A stretch of DNA of 32,000 nucleotides from Paracoccus suum (GTDB taxonomy: Bacteria > Pseudomonadota > Alphaproteobacteria > Rhodobacterales > Rhodobacteraceae), in assembly GCF_003324675.1 (NCBI RefSeq), contig NZ_CP030918.1, positions 600,001 through 632,000 on the forward strand. Reading direction: 5' to 3'. Below are positions 24,059-32,000 of this stretch, piece after piece; the stretch's first letter is position 1; each line of letters opens with the position of its first letter. The translations under genes and the position numbers were made by a program. The notes beneath the pieces were generated by a model. That model was not told where the DNA came from. It made no database searches and saw only the letters and a program-made list of their open reading frames with translations.

Positions 24059-25801
24059 ATGGCGCAGGCGCCAATGCGGCACGATGGACGCAAAGAGCTG
24101 GCTTCAGCCCGTGCCACAGGCTGGTCCCTGCTGGTCCCGGTCGGGCTTTTTTCCATTGCAGTCAATATATTGATGCTGACGGGCCCGCTGTTCATGCTGC
24201 AGGTCTATGACCGGGTGCTGTCCAGCCGCTCGGTGCCGACGCTCGCGGCGCTGTTCGCCTTGATCACTTTCCTGTTCCTGCTGATGGGCGTGATCGACCT
24301 GATGCGCAACCGGGTGATGCTGCGCGTCGCCGCCCGCTTTCAGGAACGGATGGAGGGTCGGGTTTTCGCGGCCTCTCTGCAGGAGGGCGGCGAGAGCGGC
24401 AACGAGCATGTGGTCAAGGCCGGCTTGCGCGATCTCGACTCGATCTACCGGCTGGTTTCCTCGCCGTTGCTGCTGGCGCTGTTCGACCTGCCCTTCGCGC
24501 CGTTCTTCATGGCGGCGGTGTTCCTGCTGCACCCGGTTCTCGGCTACGTCGCCCTGGCCGGCGCGGCATTCCTGGTGGTGGTCACGCTCCTCAACCAGTG
24601 GCTGTCGCGGGCTCCGCTGCACCAGGCGATGCTCAGCGGCGCGCAGGCGGACCGCATGTCGGAACTCTATCGCGACGCGGGCGAACTTGTCGGCGCGCTG
24701 GGCATGCGTGGCGCCGCCTATGCGCGCTGGAAGGCGGCCCGGGACAGCGCCACCGGCGCCTCGGTCGTGGGCGCGGACCGCGCGGCGACCTTTACCGTCA
24801 TGTCGCGCACCTTCCGCCTGTTTCTGCAAAGCGCCCTGCTCGCCGCCGGCGCCTGGTTGGTCCTGCGCCAGGAAGTCACGCCCGGTGCGATGATCGCCTC
24901 ATCGATCCTGATGGGGCGTGCCCTCGCCCCGGTCGAGCAGGTGGTCGGCGGCTGGTCCATGGTCCAGCGCGCCCAGGATGGCTGGGCCCGCCTTGCGGCG
25001 CTGCTGTCGCGCCAACCCCCGGTCCAGCGCCGTACCGCGCTGCCCCGTCCCCCCGCCCGGCTGGAGGTGAATCACCTGTCGGTCGTGCCGCCAGGCCAGC
25101 AGATCGCCACCCTGCGCGGGGTCAGCTTTTCCCTCTCGCCCGGTCAGGCCATGGGCGTGATCGGCCCCTCGGGCGCGGGCAAGACGACCCTCGCCAAGGC
25201 GCTGATCGGCGGCTGGCCGCCGGGCGCTGGAACCATCCGCCTTGGCGGCGCCACGCTCGACCAGTACGAGCCTGACGTTCTCGGCCGCCTGATCGGCTAT
25301 CTGCCGCAGCAGGTCATGCTGTTCGACGGCACCATCGCCGAGAATATCGCTCGCCTCAGCGAGCGTCCCGACGCCGAGCGCGTGGTCGCCGCTGCGACCG
25401 CCGCCAACGCCCATCGCATGATTCTGGACCTGCCGCAGGGTTACGACACGCGCGTCACCCAGACCGGAGGGCGCCTCTCGGGCGGGCAGATCCAGCGCAT
25501 TGGCCTCGCCCGCGCGCTCTATGACGAGCCGGTGCTGTTCATTCTGGACGAGCCGAACTCGAACCTCGACAATGACGGCTCACTGGCGCTGAACCAGGCG
25601 ATCCGCGCGATCAAGGCGCGCGGCGGGGCGGTCATCATCATGGCCCACCGCCCCGCCGCTATTTCCGAATGCGACGTGCTGCTGATGCTCGATTCGGGGA
25701 TGCGCCGCGCCTTTGGCCCGCGCGACGAGGTGCTGAAGTCGATGGTTAAGAACGCCGAGGAAATCCGCCGCGGCGCCGGGACGGGGACAGGGGTCGCATG
25801 A
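24059..25801 (+). CDS. Type I secretion system permease/ATPase (PrtD/AprD/HasD family, no C39 peptidase domain)
   Basis: 580-aa ORF. The N-terminal six-TM domain begins NILMLTGPLFMLQVYDRVL, typical of PrtD-type exporters. Walker A (GPSGAGKTT), the signature (LSGGQIQR) and Walker B (FILDEPNSNLD) are present. Confidence 0.88.
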   Translation: MAQAPMRHDGRKELASARATGWSLLVPVGLFSIAVNILMLTGPLFMLQVYDRVLSSRSVPTLAALFALITFLFLLMGVIDLMRNRVMLRVAARFQERMEGRVFAASLQEGGESGNEHVVKAGLRDLDSIYRLVSSPLLLALFDLPFAPFFMAAVFLLHPVLGYVALAGAAFLVVVTLLNQWLSRAPLHQAMLSGAQADRMSELYRDAGELVGALGMRGAAYARWKAARDSATGASVVGADRAATFTVMSRTFRLFLQSALLAAGAWLVLRQEVTPGAMIASSILMGRALAPVEQVVGGWSMVQRAQDGWARLAALLSRQPPVQRRTALPRPPARLEVNHLSVVPPGQQIATLRGVSFSLSPGQAMGVIGPSGAGKTTLAKALIGGWPPGAGTIRLGGATLDQYEPDVLGRLIGYLPQQVMLFDGTIAENIARLSERPDAERVVAAATAANAHRMILDLPQGYDTRVTQTGGRLSGGQIQRIGLARALYDEPVLFILDEPNSNLDNDGSLALNQAIRAIKARGGAVIIMAHRPAAISECDVLLMLDSGMRRAFGPRDEVLKSMVKNAEEIRRGAGTGTGVA

Positions 25802-27609
25802 GCGATTCGCGCAAAGAACCCGACGATGCGGTCGCCGCCTCGCCGACTGACCAGGCGGCGGCCCGCAAGCCGTCGGTGCAGCCTTACCGCATCGCCGGCG
25901 TCACCGCCGCCCCGTATCAGTCGGGACGCAGCACCCGTCATATCGAGGGGGCCACCGAGCGGACGTCGGCTGCCGGCGCGCCATTGCCCGAGGCGGCCGC
26001 TGCAGGTGTGCGGCCCGAATCGGATACGCCGCCCGGCACGGGGACTAGACCGAACGCGCCTCACCTCGGCGCCGCTACCCGGCGGGACGCGCCGCATCTT
26101 GGCGATCGACAGCCCAAGGAAGCCCAAGCTGATGCAGCAGCAACTTCTCAAGCGGCCTCCACCGCCGCTCCGCGCGAGCCTGCCCCACGGGCCGCCTCGA
26201 CCGCGCTGACGGAACGGCAGGCCAGCCTGCGCCCGGTTCCAACCGCCGGCCCGCCGGCCCCCCCCGCCTTGCCGCCTGCGCATAGGCCGCCCCCCGACCT
26301 GCCGCCCCCGCCCCCTCCCCGCCGCTGGTCGGCCCAAGGCGCGGTGCTCATGGGTTTCCTAGCTCTGTTCATCCTCTTTGGCGGCTTTGGTGCTTGGGCG
26401 TGGGGCGCACGCATCGCCGGCGCCGTGGTGGCCAGCGGCCAGGTCGAGGTCGAGCAGCACCGCCAGATTGTCCAGCACCCGGACGGCGGCGTGGTCGACG
26501 AGATACTGGTCCGCGACGGGCAGTCTGTGAAAGCGGGCCAGCCCCTGATCCGCCTCGACGGCAGCTTGCTGCGCACTGAACTTGCGATCGTCGAAGGCCA
26601 GTATTTCGAACTGCTGTCCCGCCGCGGCCGCCTTGAGGCAGAGCGCGCCGACAGCACCACCCTGACCTTCCCCCAAGAACTGGTCGTGGCCGCCAAGACC
26701 AACACCGACGCGCGCGACCTGATCGCGGGACAGGAGGATCTGTTCCGAGCCAGCTTGGCGACACTGACCCAATCGCTGGACCAGCTCGACAAGCAGATCG
26801 ACCAGATCCATTCCCAGATCGTCGGCATCGACGCGCAAAAGGATGCCTTGGCGCAGCAGCGCGCGCTGATCGGCGAAGAATTGACCGACGCCGAGACCCT
26901 GCTGAAAAAGGGGCTCGCGCAGGCGCCACGGGTACTCGCGTTGCAACGCAACGCTGCCGCGCTTGACGGGCAGCTGGGCGAGCTGACTTCAGACCGTGCC
27001 CAGGCCGAAATCAAGATCACCGAAATCGGCATTGAGCGTCTGCAAAAATCTGCCGAGCGTCGGGAAAAGGCCGAGGTCGAATTGCGCGATCTCGGCTATC
27101 GCACGCTTGAACTGGCCGAGCGTCGCCGCTCGCTGACCGAGCAGATCGCCCGGCTGGAGATCCGCGCCCCGGTTGCCGGTATCGTCCACCAGATGCAGAT
27201 CACCACCCCCCGGTCCGTGATCCGTGCGGCCGAGCCGGTCATGTATCTGATCCCCCAGGACCGTCCCTTGGTGATCGCCGCGCGCATCGCCCCAATCAAC
27301 ATCGACGAGGTGCGGATCGGGCAGCCGGTCGTGCTGCGTTTTTCTGCCTTTTCCTCGCGCACGACACCCGAGATCGACGGCGTCCTTGCCCAGATCTCGG
27401 CCGACTCGGTCGTCGACGAGAGTACCAAGCTGCCCTACTACCGGGCCGAGGTGACCATCGGCGCCGATCAGTTGGCAAAGCTGGGCCAGCTGTCCCTCGT
27501 GCCCGGCATGCCGGTCGAGATCTATGTCCAGACCGGAGAGCGCAGCCCGCTGGCCTATCTTCTGAAACCGTTGACCGACTACTTTACACGCGCATTCCGC
27601 GAGACGTGA
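25798..27609 (+). CDS. HlyD-family type I secretion membrane-fusion (periplasmic adaptor) protein with a long N-terminal extension
   Basis: 603-aa ORF whose ATG 25798 overlaps the ABC gene stop (ATGA). Residues from about 181 onward show canonical MFP architecture: a TM helix (VLMGFLALFILFGGFGAWAW), a lipoyl-like segment (VQHPDGGVVDEILVRDGQSVKAGQPLIRLD), a long coiled coil, and the C-terminus PGMPVEIYVQTGERSPLAYLLKPL. The first ~180 aa are Pro/Ala-rich low complexity. Confidence 0.85.
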   Translation: MSDSRKEPDDAVAASPTDQAAARKPSVQPYRIAGVTAAPYQSGRSTRHIEGATERTSAAGAPLPEAAAAGVRPESDTPPGTGTRPNAPHLGAATRRDAPHLGDRQPKEAQADAAATSQAASTAAPREPAPRAASTALTERQASLRPVPTAGPPAPPALPPAHRPPPDLPPPPPPRRWSAQGAVLMGFLALFILFGGFGAWAWGARIAGAVVASGQVEVEQHRQIVQHPDGGVVDEILVRDGQSVKAGQPLIRLDGSLLRTELAIVEGQYFELLSRRGRLEAERADSTTLTFPQELVVAAKTNTDARDLIAGQEDLFRASLATLTQSLDQLDKQIDQIHSQIVGIDAQKDALAQQRALIGEELTDAETLLKKGLAQAPRVLALQRNAAALDGQLGELTSDRAQAEIKITEIGIERLQKSAERREKAEVELRDLGYRTLELAERRRSLTEQIARLEIRAPVAGIVHQMQITTPRSVIRAAEPVMYLIPQDRPLVIAARIAPINIDEVRIGQPVVLRFSAFSSRTTPEIDGVLAQISADSVVDESTKLPYYRAEVTIGADQLAKLGQLSLVPGMPVEIYVQTGERSPLAYLLKPLTDYFTRAFRET

Positions 27610-27700
27610 TGCCCGCCGTCGCGTGATTTGATCCGGTTCAGGGACGAACTCCCGGCGCCCGGGCCCGTCGGCGGCTTAAAGCTCGGAGGGTGTCACCGGA

Positions 27701-28498
27701 CTAGCTCTCGCCAAGCTGCGCGGCAGCCGCGAGAATCGCCCGTGCCCGGATGCGCACGGGCTCGTCGACCATCGCCCCATCGAGCGCCACCGCGCCATCA
27801 CGCGTCGAAAGCACCCGCTCGGCCCAGGCAGCCTCGCTCGCGGTCGGGACAAACGCGCGGCGCACCTCGGCGATCTGCCGGGGGTGAATGCACAGTTTGC
27901 CCGTCATCCCCAGTGCCTTGGCATGGGCCGCATCGTCATGGCTGGCGGACGGATCGTCCAGGTTCAGTGCGACGCCATCGAGGGGCGGCGCGATCGCGGC
28001 CAGCCGCGACGCCAGCACCAGTTCGAAGCGCGCCGGCAGCAACACCTCGCGCAGATGCGCGCACCCCAGATCGGCACAGAAATCAACCGAGCCGAAGGCC
28101 AGCCGGATCACGCCCGACGCCATCGCGATACTGCGCGCATGTGCCAGTCCGGTTGCTGACTCGATCAGTGCGATCAACGGCTTTGCTGCGCGCAAAGCAA
28201 CGTCGCCACAGATCGCCGGGGCTTCGGCCTTGGGCAACATCACCGCCGCAAATTGCTGGGCGGCGACGGCTGCCAGATCGGTCTCGTGCCATGGCGTGCC
28301 ATGACCGTTGATCCGCACGATGACCGGCAGGTCGGTGAAATCGCAGCGAAGCGCAGCCCGCGCGGCGTCCTTGGAGTCAGGCGCAACCGCATCTTCCAGG
28401 TCAAGAATGATGGCATCCGCGCCCGAGGCTGCGGCCTTGGCAAATCGTTCGGGCCGGTCAGCCGGCACGAATAGCGGCGCTCGGATGCCAGTCACCAT
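27701..28498 (-). CDS. HpcH/HpaI-CitE family acyl-CoA lyase (citramalyl-/malyl-CoA lyase-like)
   Basis: C-terminal 265 aa of track ORF 27701-29449, from ATG 28498. CitE pattern: PLFVPADRPERFAKA, DAIILDLEDAV, IESATG, FGSVDFCADLG, KLCIHPRQ. The start overlaps the upstream stop (ATGGTGA). Confidence 0.85.
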   Translation of the reverse strand: MVTGIRAPLFVPADRPERFAKAAASGADAIILDLEDAVAPDSKDAARAALRCDFTDLPVIVRINGHGTPWHETDLAAVAAQQFAAVMLPKAEAPAICGDVALRAAKPLIALIESATGLAHARSIAMASGVIRLAFGSVDFCADLGCAHLREVLLPARFELVLASRLAAIAPPLDGVALNLDDPSASHDDAAHAKALGMTGKLCIHPRQIAEVRRAFVPTASEAAWAERVLSTRDGAVALDGAMVDEPVRIRARAILAAAAQLGES

Positions 28499-29322
28499 GT
28501 CGCCCGCGCTTCCATCGCCACAGGACCATCGACGGCCGCGGTCCACAGCCGCATGCCGTCGCCATCTGCCGCGGCATTCAGTACGTAGTCCTGGGTGTCG
28601 AAGATTGGCGTGAGGCTGCGGAATTCGAACCGCGCCGGAGGGCTGCCCCCCAACGCCTCGGCCAGTTGCACAAGTTGCGTCGCCTGCAGTGGCCCGTGCA
28701 CAATCAGGCCGGGATAGCCCTCCTCGTCCCGCACATAGGGGGCGTCGTAGTGGATGCGGTGGCTGTTGAAGGTCAGCGCCGAGTAGCGAAACAGCAATGC
28801 GGCCGAGGGGGTGACGCGCTGCCGATGCGTGCCCCGCGGCGCCTGCTCGGGCGCTCGGGCCGCTGTGCTGATGTCGCGATAGACGATGTCCTGACGCTCG
28901 TGGACTGCCAGCCGGCCGGCGCTGTCGATCCGATGCTCGACGGTGACAAAGCAGAGCCTGCCGCTGCGGCCCTCCTTGAGTGTCACGTCGCGGATCGTCG
29001 ACCGGCGCGTGACCAGATCGCCAACGCGGATCGCATCCTGAAAGGTCAGTGCCCCGCCTGCCCACATCCGGCGCGGCAGTGGGACCGGCGGCAGAAAACC
29101 GCCTCGCGCCGGATGGCCGTCGGGGCCGAGGCTGGCGGTCGGCGCGGTCGGCGGGGCAAGGCAGAGGTGGATCATCGCCGGCGCGATATTGCCCTCGCGC
29201 ACCTCGCCCTGCCGGTCGAATGTCGCATTGAAGCGCTGCACCAGGGCGGCAGTCACGCGCTCGGCGGCAACTTCCTCGCGACCGATCCAGTCGCGGAGGT
29301 GCCCGAGATCGAGCGCGCTCAT
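28492..29322 (-). CDS. Double hot-dog (FAS1-like N-terminal + MaoC-like) enoyl-CoA hydratase, mesaconyl-C4-CoA/itaconyl-CoA hydratase-like
   Basis: 276-aa ORF of the size and pattern of MaoC-type acyl dehydratases (RMWAGG, NSHRIHYD, PGLIVHGPLQATQL). It has ATGA overlaps with the CoA-transferase gene upstream and the lyase gene downstream. Confidence 0.7.
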   Translation of the reverse strand: MSALDLGHLRDWIGREEVAAERVTAALVQRFNATFDRQGEVREGNIAPAMIHLCLAPPTAPTASLGPDGHPARGGFLPPVPLPRRMWAGGALTFQDAIRVGDLVTRRSTIRDVTLKEGRSGRLCFVTVEHRIDSAGRLAVHERQDIVYRDISTAARAPEQAPRGTHRQRVTPSAALLFRYSALTFNSHRIHYDAPYVRDEEGYPGLIVHGPLQATQLVQLAEALGGSPPARFEFRSLTPIFDTQDYVLNAAADGDGMRLWTAAVDGPVAMEARATW

Positions 29323-30419
29323 CCCTCGACCGCCGCCAGGGCCGGGACCGGGCCGTATTCCCGCGTCTCACCCGCAAAGACTGCACCCGGCGCGGGGTAG
29401 CTGACCGGGCCGTTGGGCGTGTCCACGGTGATGCGGCGCAACTGGGCATGCGACGACAGGGCCGCCATGTCGTTCACCGAGGCGAAGGCCACGTCGGCTG
29501 CGATCAGCAGCGCTGTTGCCTCAGCCTCGGTCAGCCGGGCAAAGGCCCCTGCCACGATGGCGTCGGTCTCGGTCCGGTTGGCGACGCGCGCCACATTGGT
29601 CGCAAATCGCGGATCGCAGGCCAGTTGGGCATCGCCGAGAAACACCTTCGCCAGCTTGGCGAACTCACGATCGCTTTGAATCGACATCAGGATCTGGCTT
29701 CCATCCTTGCAGGTGAACACCCCGTAGGGCGAGATCGAAGGATGCGCGAGGCCGAGCCTGCGGGGCGATTTACCCCCCTCGTGGTTCAGCAGCGGAACCG
29801 TCAGCCAGTCGGCCATGACGTCGAACATCGACACCTGGATGTTGGCCCCCTGCCCTGTGATCCCGCGCCGGATGAGCGCCTCGAGGATCGCAGCATGCGC
29901 GGTCGCCCCGGTTGCGATATCGACCAGCGAGACCCCCACCCGCGACGGCTCGTTCGGGCCACCGGTGATCGAGCACAGCCCCGATTCTGCCTGGATGAGC
30001 AGGTCATAGGCCTTGCGATCCGCCATCGGCCCTGTCTCGCCATAACCCGAGATCGAGCAGACGATCAGTCGCGGAAAGTCGGCCGCGAGCCGCTCGAAGC
30101 CAAAGCCCAGCCGCGCGAGCGCACCCGGCTTGAGGTTCTGGACTAGGACGTCGGCGCCCGCCAGCAGGCCCTCCAGCCGCTGCTTGTGCTCGGCGCGCGT
30201 CAAGTCGAGCGCCAGCGATTCCTTGCCGCGGTTCAGCCACACGAAGTAGCTGGCCTGACCCTTGGCGACATCGTCATAACCGCGCGCGAAATCGCCTTCG
30301 GGCCGCTCGACCTTGATGACCCGGGCGCCGGCATCGGCAAGGCGCGACGTGGCAAAGGGCGCGGCCACGGCCTGCTCGATGGCAATGACAGTCAGCCCAT
30401 CCAGGGGCAGCGTGGCCAT
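29319..30419 (-). CDS. Family III (CaiB/BaiF) CoA-transferase
   Basis: 366 aa from ATG 30419-30417; the track start at 30422 is TTG. The N-terminus LDGLTVIAIEQAVAAPFATSRLADAGARVIKVERPEGDFARGY is the hallmark of family III CoA-transferases. The start shares one base with the ACAD stop (TGATG). Confidence 0.88.
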   Translation of the reverse strand: MATLPLDGLTVIAIEQAVAAPFATSRLADAGARVIKVERPEGDFARGYDDVAKGQASYFVWLNRGKESLALDLTRAEHKQRLEGLLAGADVLVQNLKPGALARLGFGFERLAADFPRLIVCSISGYGETGPMADRKAYDLLIQAESGLCSITGGPNEPSRVGVSLVDIATGATAHAAILEALIRRGITGQGANIQVSMFDVMADWLTVPLLNHEGGKSPRRLGLAHPSISPYGVFTCKDGSQILMSIQSDREFAKLAKVFLGDAQLACDPRFATNVARVANRTETDAIVAGAFARLTEAEATALLIAADVAFASVNDMAALSSHAQLRRITVDTPNGPVSYPAPGAVFAGETREYGPVPALAAVEG

Positions 30420-31579
30420 CAAAAGCTCCTCGGCAGGCCGAGCATGTGTTCAGCGACGTAGGACAGGATCAGGTTGGTCGAGATTGGCGCGACCTGGTAA
30501 AGGCGCGTTTCGCGGAACTTGCGCTCGATGTCATATTCGCAGGCAAAGCCGAAACCGCCGTGGAATTGCAGGCAGGCATTCGCCGCCTCCCACGAGGCTT
30601 TTGCCGCCAGGTATTTGGCCATGTTCGCCTGCGCGCCGCAGGGCAATTGCGCGTCATAAAGGCGGCATGCCTCGTAGCGCATCAGATTGGCGGCCTCGAT
30701 TTCAATGAAGCTTTCGGCGATGGGGAATTGCACGCCCTGATTCTGGCCGATCGGACGGCCAAAAACGACGCGTTCCTTGACGTAATTAGTGACGCGGTCG
30801 ATGAACCAATAACCGTCGCCGATGCATTCCGCGGCAATCAGCGCGCGTTCGGCATTCAGGCCGGTCAGGATGTATTTGAAGCCCTGACCCTCCTCGCCGA
30901 TCAGGTTCTCCTCGGGGATTTCCAGGTTGTCAAAGAACAGCTCGTTGGTCTCGTGATTGACCATGTTCAGGATCGGGCGCACCTCCATGCCGGAGGCCAT
31001 GGCCGCCTTCACATCGACGATAAAGATAGACAGTCCTTCGGTTTTCTTGGCGACCTCGGCCAGCGGGGTGGTGCGCGCGAGCAGGATCATCAGGTCGGAA
31101 TGCTGCACCCGGCTGATCCACACCTTCTGGCCGTTGATGACATATCGGCCGTCCTTCTTGATGGCCGTGGTCTTGATCTTGGTCGTATCGGTTCCAGTCG
31201 TGGGTTCGGTCACGCCCATGGATTGCAGCCGCAATTCGCCGCTGGCGATCTTGGGCAGGTATTTCTCGCGCTGCGCCGGTGATCCGTGACGCACCAGCGT
31301 GTTCATGTTGTACATCTGGCCGTGGCAGGCCCCCGAATTGCCGCCGGCCCGGTTGATTTCCTCCATGATGACGCTCGCCTCAGTCAGGCCGAGGCCAGAT
31401 CCGCCGTATTCCTCGGGGATCAACGCAGCCATCCAGCCGGATTTCGTCAGGGCCTCGACGAATTCCTCGGGGTAGGCGCGAGCGAGGTCGACCTTGCGAT
31501 GATATTCGTCCGGGAATTGCGCGCAAAGGGCGCGCACGGCGTCACGGATCTCCTGATGGGCGTCGCTGCGATGATCCAT
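30419..31579 (-). CDS. Acyl-CoA dehydrogenase family protein
   Basis: 386 aa from ATG 31579, preceded by GGAGGAG with a 3-nt spacer, within track ORF 30419-31636. It shows the ACAD fold pattern (GVTEPTTGTD, GQKVWIS, FGRPIGQNQGVQF, LQFHGGFGF). Confidence 0.88.
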   Translation of the reverse strand: MDHRSDAHQEIRDAVRALCAQFPDEYHRKVDLARAYPEEFVEALTKSGWMAALIPEEYGGSGLGLTEASVIMEEINRAGGNSGACHGQMYNMNTLVRHGSPAQREKYLPKIASGELRLQSMGVTEPTTGTDTTKIKTTAIKKDGRYVINGQKVWISRVQHSDLMILLARTTPLAEVAKKTEGLSIFIVDVKAAMASGMEVRPILNMVNHETNELFFDNLEIPEENLIGEEGQGFKYILTGLNAERALIAAECIGDGYWFIDRVTNYVKERVVFGRPIGQNQGVQFPIAESFIEIEAANLMRYEACRLYDAQLPCGAQANMAKYLAAKASWEAANACLQFHGGFGFACEYDIERKFRETRLYQVAPISTNLILSYVAEHMLGLPRSF

Positions 31580-31631
31580 GCGCTCCTCCGGTTCTGCGTT
31601 GCCCGGCAAACTGCCCAAAGCCGAGCGATAC

Positions 31632-31645
31632 TTCAAATATATGAA
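31632..31645. promoter_or_regulatory. AT-rich imperfect palindrome TTCAaatatatTGAA in the spacer upstream of the ACAD gene (candidate operator/promoter element)
   Basis: Read directly. 12 of 14 positions are self-complementary, CGAT flanks both sides, and it lies about 50-65 nt upstream of ATG 31579. No cognate regulator lies in the window. Confidence 0.2.
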
Positions 31646-31702
31646 TTCGATGGCCGTTAGAGCATCAGGCTATGACACGTTCAGAGTTTAAGGCGCTGCC
31701 AA

Positions 31703-32000
31703 TCAGGCCAATACCTGCCGGACGCACGCGCCCTGCCCTAGGCTGGCCAGCCGTTCCAGCCATTCACCATCGGCACCGTTCAGGACCGGCGCCGTCAGCG
31801 ACCGGAATTTGGCTGCCAGCGCAGCGGCATCGGGGAAGGTCTCCGGCTCGCCCGACGGATCGGGGATGCGCAGGTGATGCACTGCGCCATCGGCCCGCAC
31901 CTCGAGCGTTGCGCCGAACGGGTGGCGCAGCCCCTCCAGCGATGGGTCGCGCCAGACATCCACCCGCCCGGCAAGCGCCTCGGCCTCCGCATCGCCCAGC
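31703..32000 (-). CDS. MmgE/PrpD-family protein, C-terminal fragment (5' end lies beyond the window)
   Basis: The frame is open from the window edge to the stop at 31703. The tail ...RVDVWRDPSLEGLRHPFGATLEVRADGAVHHLRIPDPSGEPETFPDAAALAAKFRSL... has the typical PrpD/MmgE C-terminal pattern. The track M at 31963 is an internal GTG. Confidence 0.6.
   Translation of the reverse strand, partial: LGDAEAEALAGRVDVWRDPSLEGLRHPFGATLEVRADGAVHHLRIPDPSGEPETFPDAAALAAKFRSLTAPVLNGADGEWLERLASLGQGACVRQVLA

Noticed and set aside
25519-26337. Alternative ORFs across the Pro/Ala-rich MFP extension (minus 25519-26337, plus 25826-26209) as possible hidden genes such as a T1SS substrate
   Set aside because: Both translate to Arg/Gly/Pro-rich sequence with no secretion-signal or RTX features. 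The minus ORF also overlaps the conserved C-terminus of the ABC protein. They are shadow frames of a GC-rich low-complexity region.
28499-29449. N-terminal 317 aa of the 582-aa track ORF 27701-29449
   Set aside because: Only the C-terminal 265 aa (from ATG 28498) look like CitE. The upstream part overlaps the hydratase gene in another frame and is Arg/Pro-rich nonsense.
1-32000. Scan for mobile elements, prophage, toxin-antitoxin pairs, restriction-modification or other defence-island signatures, tRNA and rRNA
   Set aside because: I recognised no transposase, integrase, recombinase, reverse transcriptase, nuclease-helicase pairs or T-loop (GGTTCGAATCC-like) motifs. Composition looks uniform apart from short AT-richer spacers. 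The only methyltransferase has the tRNA m6A (NPPF, TrmN6-like) architecture and no partner endonuclease.

Overview
This is a visibly GC-rich alphaproteobacterial chromosome segment. Gene content and order look Rhodobacterales/Paracoccus-like, but that is inference only. About 36 tightly packed, mostly housekeeping genes account for nearly all of the window, and many are joined by 1-10 nt start/stop overlaps. Plus strand: pgsA-moaD-moaE, accA-sugE, a zinc-ribbon membrane protein, a TlpA-like thioredoxin, a stand-alone EAL protein, phaB, ispB, a class A PBP, and a PrtD/HlyD-type T1SS ABC-MFP pair. Minus strand: ftsE-ftsX-plsC; argH, a small lipoprotein, a small membrane protein, lysA and a TIGR02302-like giant membrane protein; tag; DUF465; a TrmN6-like methyltransferase; DUF2007; a glnK-less amt; mlaA-mlaC; and a CoA-ester cluster (PrpD/MmgE-like fragment, acyl-CoA dehydrogenase, family III CoA-transferase, double hot-dog hydratase, CitE-like lyase). 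I saw no rRNA, tRNA, CRISPR, transposase, integrase, phage or recognisable defence genes, and the many long antisense ORFs in the track are GC-rich shadow frames. I do not see a convincing wholly new system. The items most worth a second look are: (1) the substrate-less T1SS pair, whose adaptor carries a Pro/Ala-rich N-terminal extension of about 180 aa; (2) the itaconate/methylsuccinate-like C5-dicarboxylate CoA cluster; (3) the uncharacterised TIGR02302-like protein coupled to lysA, with an in-frame 15-bp tandem repeat; (4) the unusually long sugE-plsC spacer holding an SD-led micro-ORF and a DUF1127-like small ORF; (5) a 51-codon lipoprotein gene absent from the ORF track. The first M in the ORF track is sometimes a GTG or TTG codon; I checked starts against the DNA where stated.
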